From Bacteriovoracales bacterium (GTDB lineage: Bacteria; Bdellovibrionota; Bacteriovoracia; Bacteriovoracales; Bacteriovoracaceae), in NCBI GenBank assembly GCA_030149295.1, contig JASBRV010000119.1, positions 5,332 through 69,331 on the forward strand: 64,000 nucleotides of DNA, given 5' to 3'. Below the pieces are notes generated by a model. That model made no database searches. It had not been told where the DNA came from and saw only the letters and a program-made list of their open reading frames with translations. A program made the position numbers and the translations under genes. This document shows, one piece after another, positions 27,181-38,272 of this stretch. The stretch's first letter is position 1; each line of letters opens with the position of its first letter.

Positions 27181-29127
27181 TTAAAACTGTTTTAAGATTT
27201 TTTTACGGTCCAGACGAAAGCCTTTTAAATCTTTAATAAGAAAAACACTAATGGGCTTTCTCTTGCCTTTTAAAATTTTCAAATCGAGGTTGCCTAGATA
27301 AGTGTCTCGAACTTCTTTAAAAATACCTTTTCCTTTAATCTTTTTATTTCCACGAGTTAAATTCAACTCATTAATAAGATAAACATCACCAGCTCTTCTT
27401 GCCTCTAAAAGGAAAGTATCAAAAAAGCTCTTTTGATTGATATCTTCCTTAACAGAGTCCCATAAGTCCCATTTTTCAAGCTCTTTCTTCACTGACTCCA
27501 TTTTTCCTACGAGAAAGTCACCGTTCAACCCAAGCCCTTTTCCTTTGTGTTTAATGTACACTTTTTTATTATCCTCTTTTCCGGCCTTAGCAAAAAGAGT
27601 TTGCTCATATTCCAAAGTCGTAGTGAAAGATTTTGTTTTCTTTACAAGTGGATTATCTATCTTGAGAAACCTTGCCACCTCTGAAATATCAGTCCCAGAG
27701 ACAATCAGGCTTCCCTTGCGCTTAAGTTCGTCTTCATAGACTTTTATTCTCTCATCAATTTTTACGACCAGCTCTTGATCTGACTTCAGCTCACCCTTTA
27801 GAGCCAAGTCAACATTAGAAACGTTTAATGACAATTTCCCGCTAACCGGATGACGACGAAAAAGCGCATCCTCTGAAACTAAATTTACTTTTCCCTTGGG
27901 CAGCCTAATAAAGTGACCCTCTTCATCTTTTAAAGAAAGAAGAAGTTTCTTGAGTTGAAAATTTTCTATTTCACCCTCAACCAATTTTAAATCACAATTA
28001 AAATCACTTATGGCCTTGTGAAGTGCTTCTTCATCAAAATCCAGCCTTGATTGGCAAATGATCTCTTGTTTGCCCCCACCAGAGCCCGTCTTTAAATCTG
28101 TCTTAAAACCTTTATTCTCAAAAGCCACCTCTCCACTTACACCTACAGTTTCATCAAAAAGCTTAATATTCCAAGTGCTAAGAAGACCCTTAACTACAGG
28201 CTTAAAATTATTTTCACTCCAAAAAAGTGAACCACTTAAATTTAACTTAGAAAGTTTCGGCTGACGTGGAAGATTTCCCTTAATAAAAAGAGGGTTAAAA
28301 TCCTCTCCCATAATCTCGGCTTCAAATTTACTAATATTGAGTTTTCCCTCTTTAAAATCTCCCTGAAGTTTCGCTGTACTTCCCTGGTGTTTCAATTGGA
28401 TATTTCCCTTTAAATATCCAGATTCGTTCAATTGAATGTCAGTACTTGCAGTGACAGTAGAGAGAGCGTTCTTATTCCCTCGCCAATTAATACTATTAAC
28501 CTTAACCTCTGCTTTGATGGGTAAGATCTTTTTCTCTAGATAGTGATTCAGATCAATTGTTCCAAAAACATAATTATCAGAAGAAAGACCTTTTATAAGA
28601 GAGGCTTTGGTTTTGATTTCAAAAGCAGCAACAGAGCGTAAGCCCAAGTTTTTAACAATTAGCCTATCGACCTCGTAGGCTGGCTTATGATGAGAATAGA
28701 CAACTTTCAGCCCCTCAAAGCGTGCACTTCCCGAAGAATTGACGACATAACTGGGAATCTGGATTTCCCTCTTACTTACACTTTTAAAGCGTCCTGAAAT
28801 GTCGAGTACAGAATCTTGCAGAAGTACTTCTATATAACCAGCACCAGTAATAAAAGAGAGGAGAGATGCCCTTGCTTTAAAGCGAGCAGCCTCAAACCCC
28901 TTCATCTTTAGATTGCTTCCCGATAGCTTAATAGAGGTTCCATAATTTACATCAAGTTTTTCAATTTCTATTTGTGAATTAGGGAAAGTACTCTTTAAGG
29001 TTTCCAAAAAAGTCTGTTTTATTCTGTCCTGGTTATAATATTGGCTAAAACCAATCAAAAGACTTGCGATTGCCAATACAGCGACAATACTTATAAGAAC
29101 AATTTCCTTTCTTTTGCTATTCAACAC
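27181..29127 (-). CDS. large N-terminally anchored envelope protein (AsmA-like by architecture)
   Basis: 648 aa. A single N-terminal TM helix followed by beta-rich repetitive sequence. Family assignment is tentative. Confidence 0.45.
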   Translation of the reverse strand: MLNSKRKEIVLISIVAVLAIASLLIGFSQYYNQDRIKQTFLETLKSTFPNSQIEIEKLDVNYGTSIKLSGSNLKMKGFEAARFKARASLLSFITGAGYIEVLLQDSVLDISGRFKSVSKREIQIPSYVVNSSGSARFEGLKVVYSHHKPAYEVDRLIVKNLGLRSVAAFEIKTKASLIKGLSSDNYVFGTIDLNHYLEKKILPIKAEVKVNSINWRGNKNALSTVTASTDIQLNESGYLKGNIQLKHQGSTAKLQGDFKEGKLNISKFEAEIMGEDFNPLFIKGNLPRQPKLSKLNLSGSLFWSENNFKPVVKGLLSTWNIKLFDETVGVSGEVAFENKGFKTDLKTGSGGGKQEIICQSRLDFDEEALHKAISDFNCDLKLVEGEIENFQLKKLLLSLKDEEGHFIRLPKGKVNLVSEDALFRRHPVSGKLSLNVSNVDLALKGELKSDQELVVKIDERIKVYEDELKRKGSLIVSGTDISEVARFLKIDNPLVKKTKSFTTTLEYEQTLFAKAGKEDNKKVYIKHKGKGLGLNGDFLVGKMESVKKELEKWDLWDSVKEDINQKSFFDTFLLEARRAGDVYLINELNLTRGNKKIKGKGIFKEVRDTYLGNLDLKILKGKRKPISVFLIKDLKGFRLDRKKILKQF

Positions 29128-29139
29128 TTCTTCCTTGAA

Positions 29140-31392
29140 CTATTGACTCATGACAAGTGGAGCAAATCTCACCATAAACTTCTTTCTAGCTCCATCCTTA
29201 AACTTGATGACAACTTTCTCCTCAGGACCTGCTCCCTGACATTCTAAGACACTTCCCTCCCCATAAAGAGAATGAATTACTCGTGAGCCCTTTGGAAACT
29301 TCTGAGGTATTTCTGGTTTTAGAGAACTCACCTGGTAGACAACTTCCCCATCCTCGTAATCTGAACTTTGATTGAAGTCCCAATCATCTTCATCCTGATC
29401 TTTAGAGTCCCAAGAATAACCCGCTTGGGAAATCTTTCCGTCCTTAACCCATTCATAGTATTTAGAGGGAATTTCATGAATAAAGCGACTTGGACCATTA
29501 AACTTCAATTGCCCAAAAAGCATTCTTCCCTGTGCAAAGCAAATATACAATTGTTTCATGGCCCGAGTCATCGCAACGTAAAACAACCTTCTTTCTTCTT
29601 CCTCAGCATGGCTTCCCATCTCTAAGCTTCTATAACTAGGAAAAACATTTTCCTCAGCACCCGCCAAAAAGACATGGGTAAATTCAAGTCCCTTAGCACC
29701 ATGGACAGTCATCAAAGAAACTTCTCCCTGAGGAAGAGTTCGGTCTTCCTCACTTGATTGATCTAAGGTGATGGTTTCAAGAAAGCCCAGTAACTCCGGC
29801 TTTGTTTCACTTTGCTCGTATTGCTTTATCGCAGAACCAAGCTCTTCTAAGTTCTCAAGTCTTGCCATAGACTCGTAATCTTTAGAAGCTTTCAAATTGT
29901 CCCAGTATCCAGACTCATGAAGCATCTTCTCATAAAGCACACTTGGCATTACCTCTGATTGATTAAGAACTTTTACATCTTGAATAAGCGTAACAAGTGA
30001 GGTTAAAGCACTCTTTACCTTCGCTGAGAGCCTTAGGTGCTTATACTCAGCATAATTATCCATTATATTTTCAGTGGCTTCTAAGAGAGAGACCCCTTGT
30101 TTAACGGCTTCACTCTCCAGTTTTTTTAAGGTGGTAGCCCCTATTCCTCTCGTGGGAACATTAATAATACGACTTAAAGCAAGTGAGTCCTTTCCGTTCA
30201 CCACAACTCTTAAATAGGCCAAGAGATCCTTGATCTCTTTTCTTTCATAAAACTTAACTCCACCGACAACACGATAGGGAATATTTGATCGGCGTAGGTA
30301 ATCTTCAAGAAGCCGCGATTGAGAATTTGTACGATAAAAGACTGCCATCTCCTTGTACTCAACTTTTTCTTTACGGTTAAGTTCAATGATTTTCGAAGCA
30401 ATAAATTCGCCTTCTTTTTTATCATTATGGCACTCAATTATCTGGATACTTTCTCCCTCAGGATTTGAGGTCCACATATCCTTGCCCTTTCTCATAGAGT
30501 TTCTTGCGATAACGTGAGAAGCAGCTTCGATAATTTTTTTACTAGATCGATAATTTTGCTCTAGCTTTACAATTTTTGCAGCAGGATATGTTTTTTCAAA
30601 ATCTAATATATTGTTTATATCTGCGCCTCGCCAAGAATAGATAGACTGATCCTCGTCCCCGACGACACAGATATTTTCGTTGTAGGTACTTAAAAGCTTC
30701 AAAAGATCAAATTGGGCACGATTTGTGTCCTGATATTCGTCAACAAGAATATACTGAAACCTCTCCTGATATCTTTTAAGTACTTCAGGGTATTTTTCGA
30801 AAAGCTTAAGAGTCCCTGTAATGAGACCACCAAAATCAACAGCATTGGCGCGGTGAAGTTCACTTTCGTATTCTTCATAATACTCAAAAAAAGGATCATC
30901 TTTATCTGGCACAAAGTCGTCATTTTCTCGTCCGGAGTAATACCCATAGTTTTTCAAATGATCCATAAAGTAGAGCACTTCAAAAGGTGACAATTCTTTT
31001 GTGTTGATTCCTCTTCTGGCCAATACCGCCTTAACAACGGACTTACTTTCACTTGTGTCGTAGATAGTAAAGTTTTTCGAGAGGCCTAAAAACTGAGACT
31101 CCTGCCTTAAGACTCGAGAGCAAAAGGCATGGAAGGTGGTGATTTGGAGAGCTCCAAGGTCCTCTTTTACCTCCGTTGCAACCCTTTCTCTCATTTCTCT
31201 TGCTGCTTTATTTGAAAAGGTAAGAGCTAAAATTCTATAAGGGCTAATATTCTTTTCTGCTAAAAGATATGAAATTCTCGTGACAAGTGTTCTTGTTTTA
31301 CCTGAGCCTGCCCCAGCAAGAACCATGATAGGCCCCTCTGTTTCTTCAACAGCTTGTCTCTGTGCTTTATTTAGTTTTTTTAAATCTATCAT
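29140..31392 (-). CDS. pcrA: ATP-dependent DNA helicase PcrA/UvrD
   Basis: 750 aa. AGAGSGKT Walker A, DEYQDT, the TVHGAKGLEF motif, and a C-terminal Tudor-like tail. Confidence 0.9.
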   Translation of the reverse strand: MIDLKKLNKAQRQAVEETEGPIMVLAGAGSGKTRTLVTRISYLLAEKNISPYRILALTFSNKAAREMRERVATEVKEDLGALQITTFHAFCSRVLRQESQFLGLSKNFTIYDTSESKSVVKAVLARRGINTKELSPFEVLYFMDHLKNYGYYSGRENDDFVPDKDDPFFEYYEEYESELHRANAVDFGGLITGTLKLFEKYPEVLKRYQERFQYILVDEYQDTNRAQFDLLKLLSTYNENICVVGDEDQSIYSWRGADINNILDFEKTYPAAKIVKLEQNYRSSKKIIEAASHVIARNSMRKGKDMWTSNPEGESIQIIECHNDKKEGEFIASKIIELNRKEKVEYKEMAVFYRTNSQSRLLEDYLRRSNIPYRVVGGVKFYERKEIKDLLAYLRVVVNGKDSLALSRIINVPTRGIGATTLKKLESEAVKQGVSLLEATENIMDNYAEYKHLRLSAKVKSALTSLVTLIQDVKVLNQSEVMPSVLYEKMLHESGYWDNLKASKDYESMARLENLEELGSAIKQYEQSETKPELLGFLETITLDQSSEEDRTLPQGEVSLMTVHGAKGLEFTHVFLAGAEENVFPSYRSLEMGSHAEEEERRLFYVAMTRAMKQLYICFAQGRMLFGQLKFNGPSRFIHEIPSKYYEWVKDGKISQAGYSWDSKDQDEDDWDFNQSSDYEDGEVVYQVSSLKPEIPQKFPKGSRVIHSLYGEGSVLECQGAGPEEKVVIKFKDGARKKFMVRFAPLVMSQ

Positions 31393-33206
31393 TCTACCGT
31401 TACAGACTTTGCAAGATTTCTTGGCTTATCAATATCTGTGCCTTTGAACTTTGCCATGTAATAAGATAGCAGCTGGTTTACCACGTTCACATAGAGAGGC
31501 GAAAGTTCATCAAGTCCCTCAAAATTGAGTTCAAGAAAATAGTCAGATATTTTTTTAAGAGAATTATCGTTAGGACCTATACCTACGATGATCCCTTTTC
31601 TTGCTTTAATTTCTTGAATATTGCTTATTGTTTTATCTTTAAGCTCCGGACCTACAATGGCGATATTAACCATTTCTTCGTCAATAAGGGCTATGGGACC
31701 GTGCTTTAATTCTCCAGCAGCATATCCTTCAGCATGTACATAAGCGATTTCTTTTAATTTTAGTGCGCCTTCAAGGGCTATTGGATAATAGATCCCTCTT
31801 CCGGTAAAAAAGTATCCTTTTTTGTTATAGATTTCCTCGGCAATCTTTTTAATGTCCTCAACATTCGCTAAAACTTCATCAATCCTCTCTGCCAGTAGAG
31901 AAAACTTATCAATTAACTTTTTTTCATGGTGAGCATCACCGTAATGTTCACCAAGAGCATGAGCAAGGAGTCTCCCTGTCAAACCCATTTGAGTAAAAGC
32001 TTTCGTTGAAGCCACACCAATTTCAACACCTGCCCTAATGAGAAGATTGTAGTCACATTCTCGATATAAAGAACTACCCTCTACATTCACCAGGGAAACA
32101 GTTTGAATAGAGCTACTTTTACACTCACCTTGACTGGCTAGAGTATCCGCCGTTTCACCTGACTGGCTTATAAAAAGTCCGACATCACCTTCTTTTAAAA
32201 TGGGGTTGCGATAACGAAACTCACTTCCAAGTTCGTAAACACAAGGAATTCGATTAATCCCCTCGATAAAGTCCCTCACAAGTAGACCGGCATAAAAAGC
32301 GGTTCCGCAAGCCGAAATATGAAACCTATTCGGCCTTAAAGAACTAACCTTTTCTAAGAACTTTTTTCCATCACCATCGAAATAGAACTGACATAAAGAG
32401 CGAACAAGGCCTGGTTGTTCATAAATCTCTTTTAGCATGTAGTGTTCAAAATCACCTTTATCAGAAGGATCATATTCCATCTCTTGTTTTTGAGATTTAT
32501 AATTCTCAGACGGATTTCCTTCAGAATCATAAAATGAGATTAAATCTTTGTTAGCAGGACTCAAGTGACAAAGTACTTCGTCTCCAGGAAAATAAATCCG
32601 ATCAGCTGCGCCAATAAGGGCATACGGGTCTGAGCTAACGACTGCCTGAGATTTGGTATGATGTGTCCCACAGACAAGGGGTGCAGCTCTTTTAATGGCA
32701 AAAATTTCTCTCGTTTTTTCGTTGATAAAAACAAAAGCAGAGTTTCCTTCAACCTGAGAAAAACCCTTAAGGATAGCCTCCTTTAAAGGCATCTTCTCCA
32801 ACAAGGAAAAAACCAACATCAAAAATACTTCCGAGTCAGTTTCAGACTTAAAAGAAAAACCTTTCCCCTGAAGGGTGTCTCTTAAAGAGTCTGCATTTTC
32901 AATAATCCCATTATGAACCATTGAAAGGTGTTCATGACTATGAGGATGGGAATTAAAATCTGTAACTCCCCCATGAGTGGCCCAACGAGTATGACCGATG
33001 GAGACCATAGAATCAGTGTTTACTGAAGATAGGGCCTTCTCTAGGTTTACGATTTTACCGGTTTTCTTATGAGTTTCTAATTTTCCTGATTGATTAAGAA
33101 AAGTGACCCCAGCGGAGTCATACCCACGGTATTCCAGTCTTCGCAGACCTTCTAGAACAATTTCAACTGACTGACTTGGGCCCAAATGGCCAACGATACC
33201 ACACAT
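31389..33206 (-). CDS. glmS: glutamine--fructose-6-phosphate aminotransferase
   Basis: 605 aa. MCGIVG Ntn nucleophile and two SIS domains. Ends in ...KSVTVE. Confidence 0.95.
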   Translation of the reverse strand: MCGIVGHLGPSQSVEIVLEGLRRLEYRGYDSAGVTFLNQSGKLETHKKTGKIVNLEKALSSVNTDSMVSIGHTRWATHGGVTDFNSHPHSHEHLSMVHNGIIENADSLRDTLQGKGFSFKSETDSEVFLMLVFSLLEKMPLKEAILKGFSQVEGNSAFVFINEKTREIFAIKRAAPLVCGTHHTKSQAVVSSDPYALIGAADRIYFPGDEVLCHLSPANKDLISFYDSEGNPSENYKSQKQEMEYDPSDKGDFEHYMLKEIYEQPGLVRSLCQFYFDGDGKKFLEKVSSLRPNRFHISACGTAFYAGLLVRDFIEGINRIPCVYELGSEFRYRNPILKEGDVGLFISQSGETADTLASQGECKSSSIQTVSLVNVEGSSLYRECDYNLLIRAGVEIGVASTKAFTQMGLTGRLLAHALGEHYGDAHHEKKLIDKFSLLAERIDEVLANVEDIKKIAEEIYNKKGYFFTGRGIYYPIALEGALKLKEIAYVHAEGYAAGELKHGPIALIDEEMVNIAIVGPELKDKTISNIQEIKARKGIIVGIGPNDNSLKKISDYFLELNFEGLDELSPLYVNVVNQLLSYYMAKFKGTDIDKPRNLAKSVTVE

Positions 33207-33292
33207 AGACTTCTTAACCTCGATAACAAAAGTAGATTCAAAAGGTTAAGGTATCATCGACAAGCACTTTCAGACAAAACTTATGCGGCGCA

Positions 33293-34711
33293 CTAGCTTT
33301 TTTTCTCAATGGCCCATTTTCCCTTTAGGAAACGGGAAGCCATCTTTTCTTTGGTCACCTGGCGGGCCCTAGAAAGAGCAAAGCCCTGTGAAGGAACATC
33401 TTGATTTATTGTCGAGCCGCTAGCAACAAAAGCTGATTCTCCAACCTCAACTGGAGCTATCATTTGGGTATCAGACCCAATGAAGGAGTTTTTTCCAATC
33501 TTGGTAAGGTGCTTTGATTCACCATCATAATTACAAGTGATGAATCCACAACCGATATTCACATTTTCTCCAATTTCAGCATCACCAACATAGCTTAAAT
33601 GGGAAACACTGACCTTTTTATCTAGGTCAGCTTTCTTAATTTCAACAAAGTTACCAACTTTGCACTGCTCACCAAGTTTAGTTCCTGGACGCAATCTAGC
33701 ATATGGCCCAACTGCGCACTGTGATTGAACCTCAGCATTTTCAAGATAACTATAAGCCTTAATTGTGACCTGAGAAGAGATCTTACTGTCTTTTAAAATA
33801 CAGCCTGGCTCAATTAAAGAGCCCGCCTTTATCTCAGTGTTTCCATGAAGAAATGTATTGGGATAGATGGTAACTCCAGCATCAAGAGATACTGAGGGCT
33901 CAATGTAAGTATGAGCTCGGTCTAAAATAAGAACCCCTCTCGCTTGATGCTCTTCATTGGTTCTCAGTTTTAACTGGTGTAGGGCGGTAGAAAGTTGAAC
34001 GGGACTATTGACTCCCAGAAACGGTATTTCACTTGAAAAACAAACAGGTGAAACATTTCCACTAGGTTCAAAAGCATCGGTTAAATAAAACTCTCCCGAA
34101 TTATTATTAGAATCAATATTCTTTAATCTATTTAGAATGAGTTCTGTCTCAAAGATATAGAGACCCGAGTTAACTTCTGTGATTTTCCTTTGAGCATCTG
34201 TAGCATCCTTTTCCTCTATAATGGCAAAGCCTTTCTCAGCCCTTACAATTCTTCCATAGCCATAAGGATTTTTTGTTTCAAAAGAAGCCGCTACTGCACT
34301 GAGGTTCTTATTCTTTAATTCACTCCATAATTCCTCTAATTCTTTTGATGTGATTAAAGGAGTGTCTGCACAAAGCACCATCGTGTACTTTGTTTCTTTT
34401 GCCCAATCACATCCGTCAAAGTAAGAACGCAAAGCATCCGCAGTTCCTTTCTGCTCTTTTTGCACAGGAAAGGACGTTTTATGAGCGGTATGCTTCGCTT
34501 TTACATGTGTTTCGACGGCTTCTTTTTGGTGACCCACAACAATGCCAAATTGAACCTCAAGATTGGCGCTTGAAGCAAATGAGCTTGCAGCATCTATTGA
34601 GTAATCAACTAATTTTGCACCCATCAAAGGAATAAGAGGTTTTGCAATCTCAACCCCCATTCTTTTTCCAAGACCTGCAGCTAAAATTGCCACACCAATT
34701 TTGTCAGTCAT
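33293..34711 (-). CDS. glmU: bifunctional UDP-N-acetylglucosamine pyrophosphorylase / GlcN-1-P acetyltransferase
   Basis: 472 aa. N-terminal LAAGLGKRM nucleotidyltransferase motif and C-terminal left-handed beta-helix hexapeptide repeats. Confidence 0.9.
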   Translation of the reverse strand: MTDKIGVAILAAGLGKRMGVEIAKPLIPLMGAKLVDYSIDAASSFASSANLEVQFGIVVGHQKEAVETHVKAKHTAHKTSFPVQKEQKGTADALRSYFDGCDWAKETKYTMVLCADTPLITSKELEELWSELKNKNLSAVAASFETKNPYGYGRIVRAEKGFAIIEEKDATDAQRKITEVNSGLYIFETELILNRLKNIDSNNNSGEFYLTDAFEPSGNVSPVCFSSEIPFLGVNSPVQLSTALHQLKLRTNEEHQARGVLILDRAHTYIEPSVSLDAGVTIYPNTFLHGNTEIKAGSLIEPGCILKDSKISSQVTIKAYSYLENAEVQSQCAVGPYARLRPGTKLGEQCKVGNFVEIKKADLDKKVSVSHLSYVGDAEIGENVNIGCGFITCNYDGESKHLTKIGKNSFIGSDTQMIAPVEVGESAFVASGSTINQDVPSQGFALSRARQVTKEKMASRFLKGKWAIEKKS

Positions 34712-34962
34712 ATTTTTTCCTTAATTTATTTTCTTATCTCTTTAAAAATAGACCAAAAAAGTCCAGTTTTCTAATTCCCTATAACTAGGAGCATTAAGAG
34801 ATTTTAAACAAAACATTCAAGCTTTCCAATCGTTTTACTCTACCAATTGTTCAGATTTTTTCATCACTTATTGCATAAAAAGCTTAAAGAATGAGGGAGT
34901 TATGGCCGAAAAAGTTTTGTGTACAAGACTTAGCACGGAATTGCTGTTGTTGGAGGACAGAT

Positions 34963-37398
34963 ATGGTAACGAACTACGAGGGTGATAATATCGAATTTAA
35001 GGACAACCTCCCTCTTCTTCCCATCCGGGACATTGTTGTTTATCCCTTTATGATACTCCCCCTCTTTGTTGGTAGAGAGTCATCCATCCAGGCGGTAGAG
35101 CATGCCCTTAATAAAAGTGATCGTTTAATTCTTTTAGCAAGCCAAAAAGACATAAGCGCCGAACACCCTGATCCAAGTGAAATTTATGATCTTGGAACTG
35201 TCGCGATGATCATGCGTATGAGGAAACTTCCTGATGGAAGAATCAAAATTTTGGTACAAGGTTTAAGCAAAGCTAGAATTATCGATTTTGATCAAACTCA
35301 GCCTTATTTTACAACGAAACTTGAAAAAGTTGAGGACGCTGAAACAGACGGTGACAACGTTGCCATCAATGCCCTCATGAGAAATATTCGTGAACAACTG
35401 GAAAGAGTCATCACTCTTGGAAAAGTTTTATCACCGGATATTCTTACCGTTCTAGAAGATATTCAAGAGCCTGGTCGCCTTGCTGATCTTGTTGCATCAA
35501 ACTTAAATCTTCATGTTGCTGAAGCGCAAATGATCTTGGAAACTTTTGACCCAATTGAAAGGCTTCATAAGATTAATGACATTCTTTCGCGTGAACTTGA
35601 GATTCTTGCCATGCAGGCAAAGATCAAAAATAACGCCAAAGACGAGATTAATAAAAATCAAAAAGAATATTTTTTAAGAGAACAAATTAAGGCCATTAAA
35701 TCAGAGCTTGGTGATGAAGGTGAGCAACCTGTAGAAGATGAGTTTGAGGAAATTAAAAATAAACTTAAAGCAGCAGGAATGCCTGAAGAAGTTGAAAAGG
35801 AAGCCCTCAAACAACTTTTTCGCCTAGAGAAAATGCATCCCGATAGCTCTGAAGCGAGTATCGTTCGCAATTATCTTGAGTGGATGGGGGACCTCCCTTG
35901 GAGTGCTGCGAGCAAAGAAAAAATTGATATTGATAACGCACTCGAAATTCTAGATGAAGATCATTTTGACCTCTCAAAAGTTAAAGAGAGAATTTTAGAA
36001 TATCTTGCTGTTCGCCAACTCAAAGGAAAAGAAATGAAAGGTCCTATCCTTTGTTTTTCTGGACCTCCCGGTGTTGGTAAAACATCACTTGGAAAAAGTA
36101 TCGCAAGAGCAACAGGCAGAGAGTTTGTTCGTATTTCTCTCGGTGGTGTTAAAGATGAAGCAGAAATTCGTGGCCACAGAAGAACCTATGTAGGAGCCAT
36201 GCCCGGTCGCTTCATTCAAGCTCTTAAGCAAGTAAAAACAAACAATCCGGTCATTCTCCTCGATGAAGTCGATAAGCTTGGCGGCGATTATAAAGGTGAT
36301 CCTTCAAGTGCACTTCTTGAAGTTCTTGATCCCGAGCAAAACAAAGAATTTAGAGATCACTATCTCAATGTTCCTTTTGATCTCTCAAATGTCATGTTTA
36401 TCGCGACCTCTAACGTTCTCGAAAACATTCCTGGACCTCTTAGAGACAGAATGGAAGTGATTAATCTTTCGGGTTACACCCAAGAAGAAAAAGTCGCTAT
36501 TTCCAAAAAATATATTATACCTAAGCAACTTGAAGAAAATGGCATCACTGACGAGCACGTTGAGTTTACCGACGAAGGTCTTCAGTCTGTCATCGAGCAC
36601 TTTACTGCAGAAGCCGGTCTTCGAAATTTAGAAAGAAGAATTGGCGCCCTTTGTAGAAAAGTTGCCATGAAGATTGCCAAGGGTGATCAAAACACGACTC
36701 ACATTATCCCAGACACCGTTCTTGACTTACTTGGCCCAGCCCAATACACGAAAGAAGATTATCGTGACGAAGATGAAGTTGGTGTAGCGACAGGGCTTGC
36801 TTGGACTGCTCACGGTGGGCAAGTGCTCTATATCGAATCAACGAAAATGAAAGGAAAGGGACTCACTCTTACTGGTCAACTCGGAGATGTGATGAAAGAG
36901 TCAGCTCAAACTGCGATTGGCTACATCAGAAGCCGAGCTGAGTATCTTGGTATCTCAGAAGATATTTTTGACGAAAATGAAATTCATATTCATTTACCAG
37001 CCGGTGCCATTCCAAAAGATGGACCAAGCGCAGGTATTACATTGGCCACAACCATCATTTCTCTTCTTACTGACTGTCCTATTGACAAGTCTGTTGCGAT
37101 GACGGGTGAAATCACACTGACTGGCAAAGTTCTACCAGTAGGTGGAGTAAAAGAGAAATGTCTTGCTGCCATGAGAATGGATATTAAAACTGTAATCATT
37201 CCTTGGAAATGCCAAAAAGATCTTGTTGATATTCCAGAAGAATATCGAGAAAGACTTGAGCTGATTCCGGTTAAAACAATCGATGATGTTCTCGACATTG
37301 CCTTGATTGGCTGGGACGAGAGAAAGAAGGAGCTTCGCAAAAAGTCGAAAAAGACGACAAAAAGCAAGCCCAGCAATCTTCCTCCCGTCGCTGCATAA
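34963..37398 (+). CDS. lon: ATP-dependent Lon protease
   Basis: Start moved from 34891 to ATG 34963, which has a GGAGG RBS 6 nt upstream; the discarded extension is Cys/Trp-rich junk. LPLLP.RD.V.YP N-terminal domain, GPPGVGKTS Walker A, and KDGPSAG catalytic Ser. Confidence 0.93.
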   Translation: MVTNYEGDNIEFKDNLPLLPIRDIVVYPFMILPLFVGRESSIQAVEHALNKSDRLILLASQKDISAEHPDPSEIYDLGTVAMIMRMRKLPDGRIKILVQGLSKARIIDFDQTQPYFTTKLEKVEDAETDGDNVAINALMRNIREQLERVITLGKVLSPDILTVLEDIQEPGRLADLVASNLNLHVAEAQMILETFDPIERLHKINDILSRELEILAMQAKIKNNAKDEINKNQKEYFLREQIKAIKSELGDEGEQPVEDEFEEIKNKLKAAGMPEEVEKEALKQLFRLEKMHPDSSEASIVRNYLEWMGDLPWSAASKEKIDIDNALEILDEDHFDLSKVKERILEYLAVRQLKGKEMKGPILCFSGPPGVGKTSLGKSIARATGREFVRISLGGVKDEAEIRGHRRTYVGAMPGRFIQALKQVKTNNPVILLDEVDKLGGDYKGDPSSALLEVLDPEQNKEFRDHYLNVPFDLSNVMFIATSNVLENIPGPLRDRMEVINLSGYTQEEKVAISKKYIIPKQLEENGITDEHVEFTDEGLQSVIEHFTAEAGLRNLERRIGALCRKVAMKIAKGDQNTTHIIPDTVLDLLGPAQYTKEDYRDEDEVGVATGLAWTAHGGQVLYIESTKMKGKGLTLTGQLGDVMKESAQTAIGYIRSRAEYLGISEDIFDENEIHIHLPAGAIPKDGPSAGITLATTIISLLTDCPIDKSVAMTGEITLTGKVLPVGGVKEKCLAAMRMDIKTVIIPWKCQKDLVDIPEEYRERLELIPVKTIDDVLDIALIGWDERKKELRKKSKKTTKSKPSNLPPVAA

Positions 37399-37452
37399 TT
37401 TAACTGGAAAAGCTCACGATTTCTTTTAAAATAGAAAAAAGGATTAGTGAGC

Positions 37453-37848
37453 ATGTCAGACAGGAATGATCAAGAATTAAGAATTGCCGTAGTCGATGAT
37501 TCAGACTTTTCTCGAAAGTCGATCGTCGAAATTCTCGAAGCCGAAGGCTTTAATGTTGTTGGTCAAGCTGCCTCAGCGGAAGAAGGTCTTTCACTAGGAA
37601 CCTCGGCAGGGGCAAACCTATTTCTTATTGACGTCATCATGCCCGAAAGGTCGGGGCTTGAAATGGCGAAACTTATGATGGAAAAAGGACTGAGCGTCTC
37701 CATCATTATGATGTCATCCATTAATATGGAATCTATTATTATTGAATCTATCTCAAGCGGGGCAATTGACTTTCTTGCTAAGCCCTTCATGCCTGAGGAT
37801 CTTATTAATGCTGTAAAGAAAATACAGCTCGAACGGGCGAAGATGTAA
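37453..37848 (+). CDS. single-domain response regulator (CheY-like receiver)
   Basis: About 131 aa. VVDDS acidic pocket, phospho-acceptor D in LFLIDVIMP, and KPF near the C-terminus. The GTG at 37447 is an alternative start. Confidence 0.8.
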   Translation: MSDRNDQELRIAVVDDSDFSRKSIVEILEAEGFNVVGQAASAEEGLSLGTSAGANLFLIDVIMPERSGLEMAKLMMEKGLSVSIIMMSSINMESIIIESISSGAIDFLAKPFMPEDLINAVKKIQLERAKM

Positions 37849-37850
37849 CT

Positions 37851-38192
37851 ATGTTCTCACTATTAAAGTTTGCCATTGCATTTTGTTTTAGCTTTCTGAT
37901 CTTAAGCATACCGGTTCAGAAACAACCACTATTTTATTACCTCAATGATTGGGCCCAACCCATAACTAAAGAGGTCTTTACGGGAACAAAGGATAAACTT
38001 CTGGATGGTGTGAAAGAGAGTAAAAAGATAGGAAGTAAACTTTTTAACAACACAATACCTAAGAAGGACGAGATCTCTCTCCAATCATCCTCAATAGACA
38101 AAGAAGAGCTCAAAGCGCATTTAGACCATGCTGAAGACTATACCGCAGAAGAGCGAAATATGCTTCAAAATATTATTCTGGATAATAAATAA
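37851..38192 (+). CDS. small secreted/anchored hypothetical protein
   Basis: 113 aa with an N-terminal hydrophobic segment. Starts 2 nt after the receiver gene's stop. Confidence 0.5.
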   Translation: MFSLLKFAIAFCFSFLILSIPVQKQPLFYYLNDWAQPITKEVFTGTKDKLLDGVKESKKIGSKLFNNTIPKKDEISLQSSSIDKEELKAHLDHAEDYTAEERNMLQNIILDNK

Positions 38193-38221
38193 GTCCTTTA
38201 TTAAATCAAGATACTACTCAT

Positions 38222-38251
38222 AAAAAAAGCCACCGTGTAGGTGGCTTTTTT
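38222..38251. terminator. bidirectional intrinsic terminator
   Basis: GCCACC (38229-38234) pairs with GGTGGC (38240-38245). It is flanked by an A7 run on one side and a T6 run on the other, and sits between convergent genes. Confidence 0.8.
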
Positions 38252-38272
38252 AACTTTAATTTTAGCGGTGTC

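Noticed and set aside
34891-34962. Upstream extension of lon, plus a TTAGCAC...TGCT element that looked like half a CIRCE site or a sigma-54 promoter
   Set aside because: The extension translates to implausible Cys/Trp-rich sequence, and ATG 34963 has a GGAGG RBS. The element has AG instead of GG at -24, the wrong -24/-12 spacing, and no second CIRCE half-site (GAGTGCTAA).
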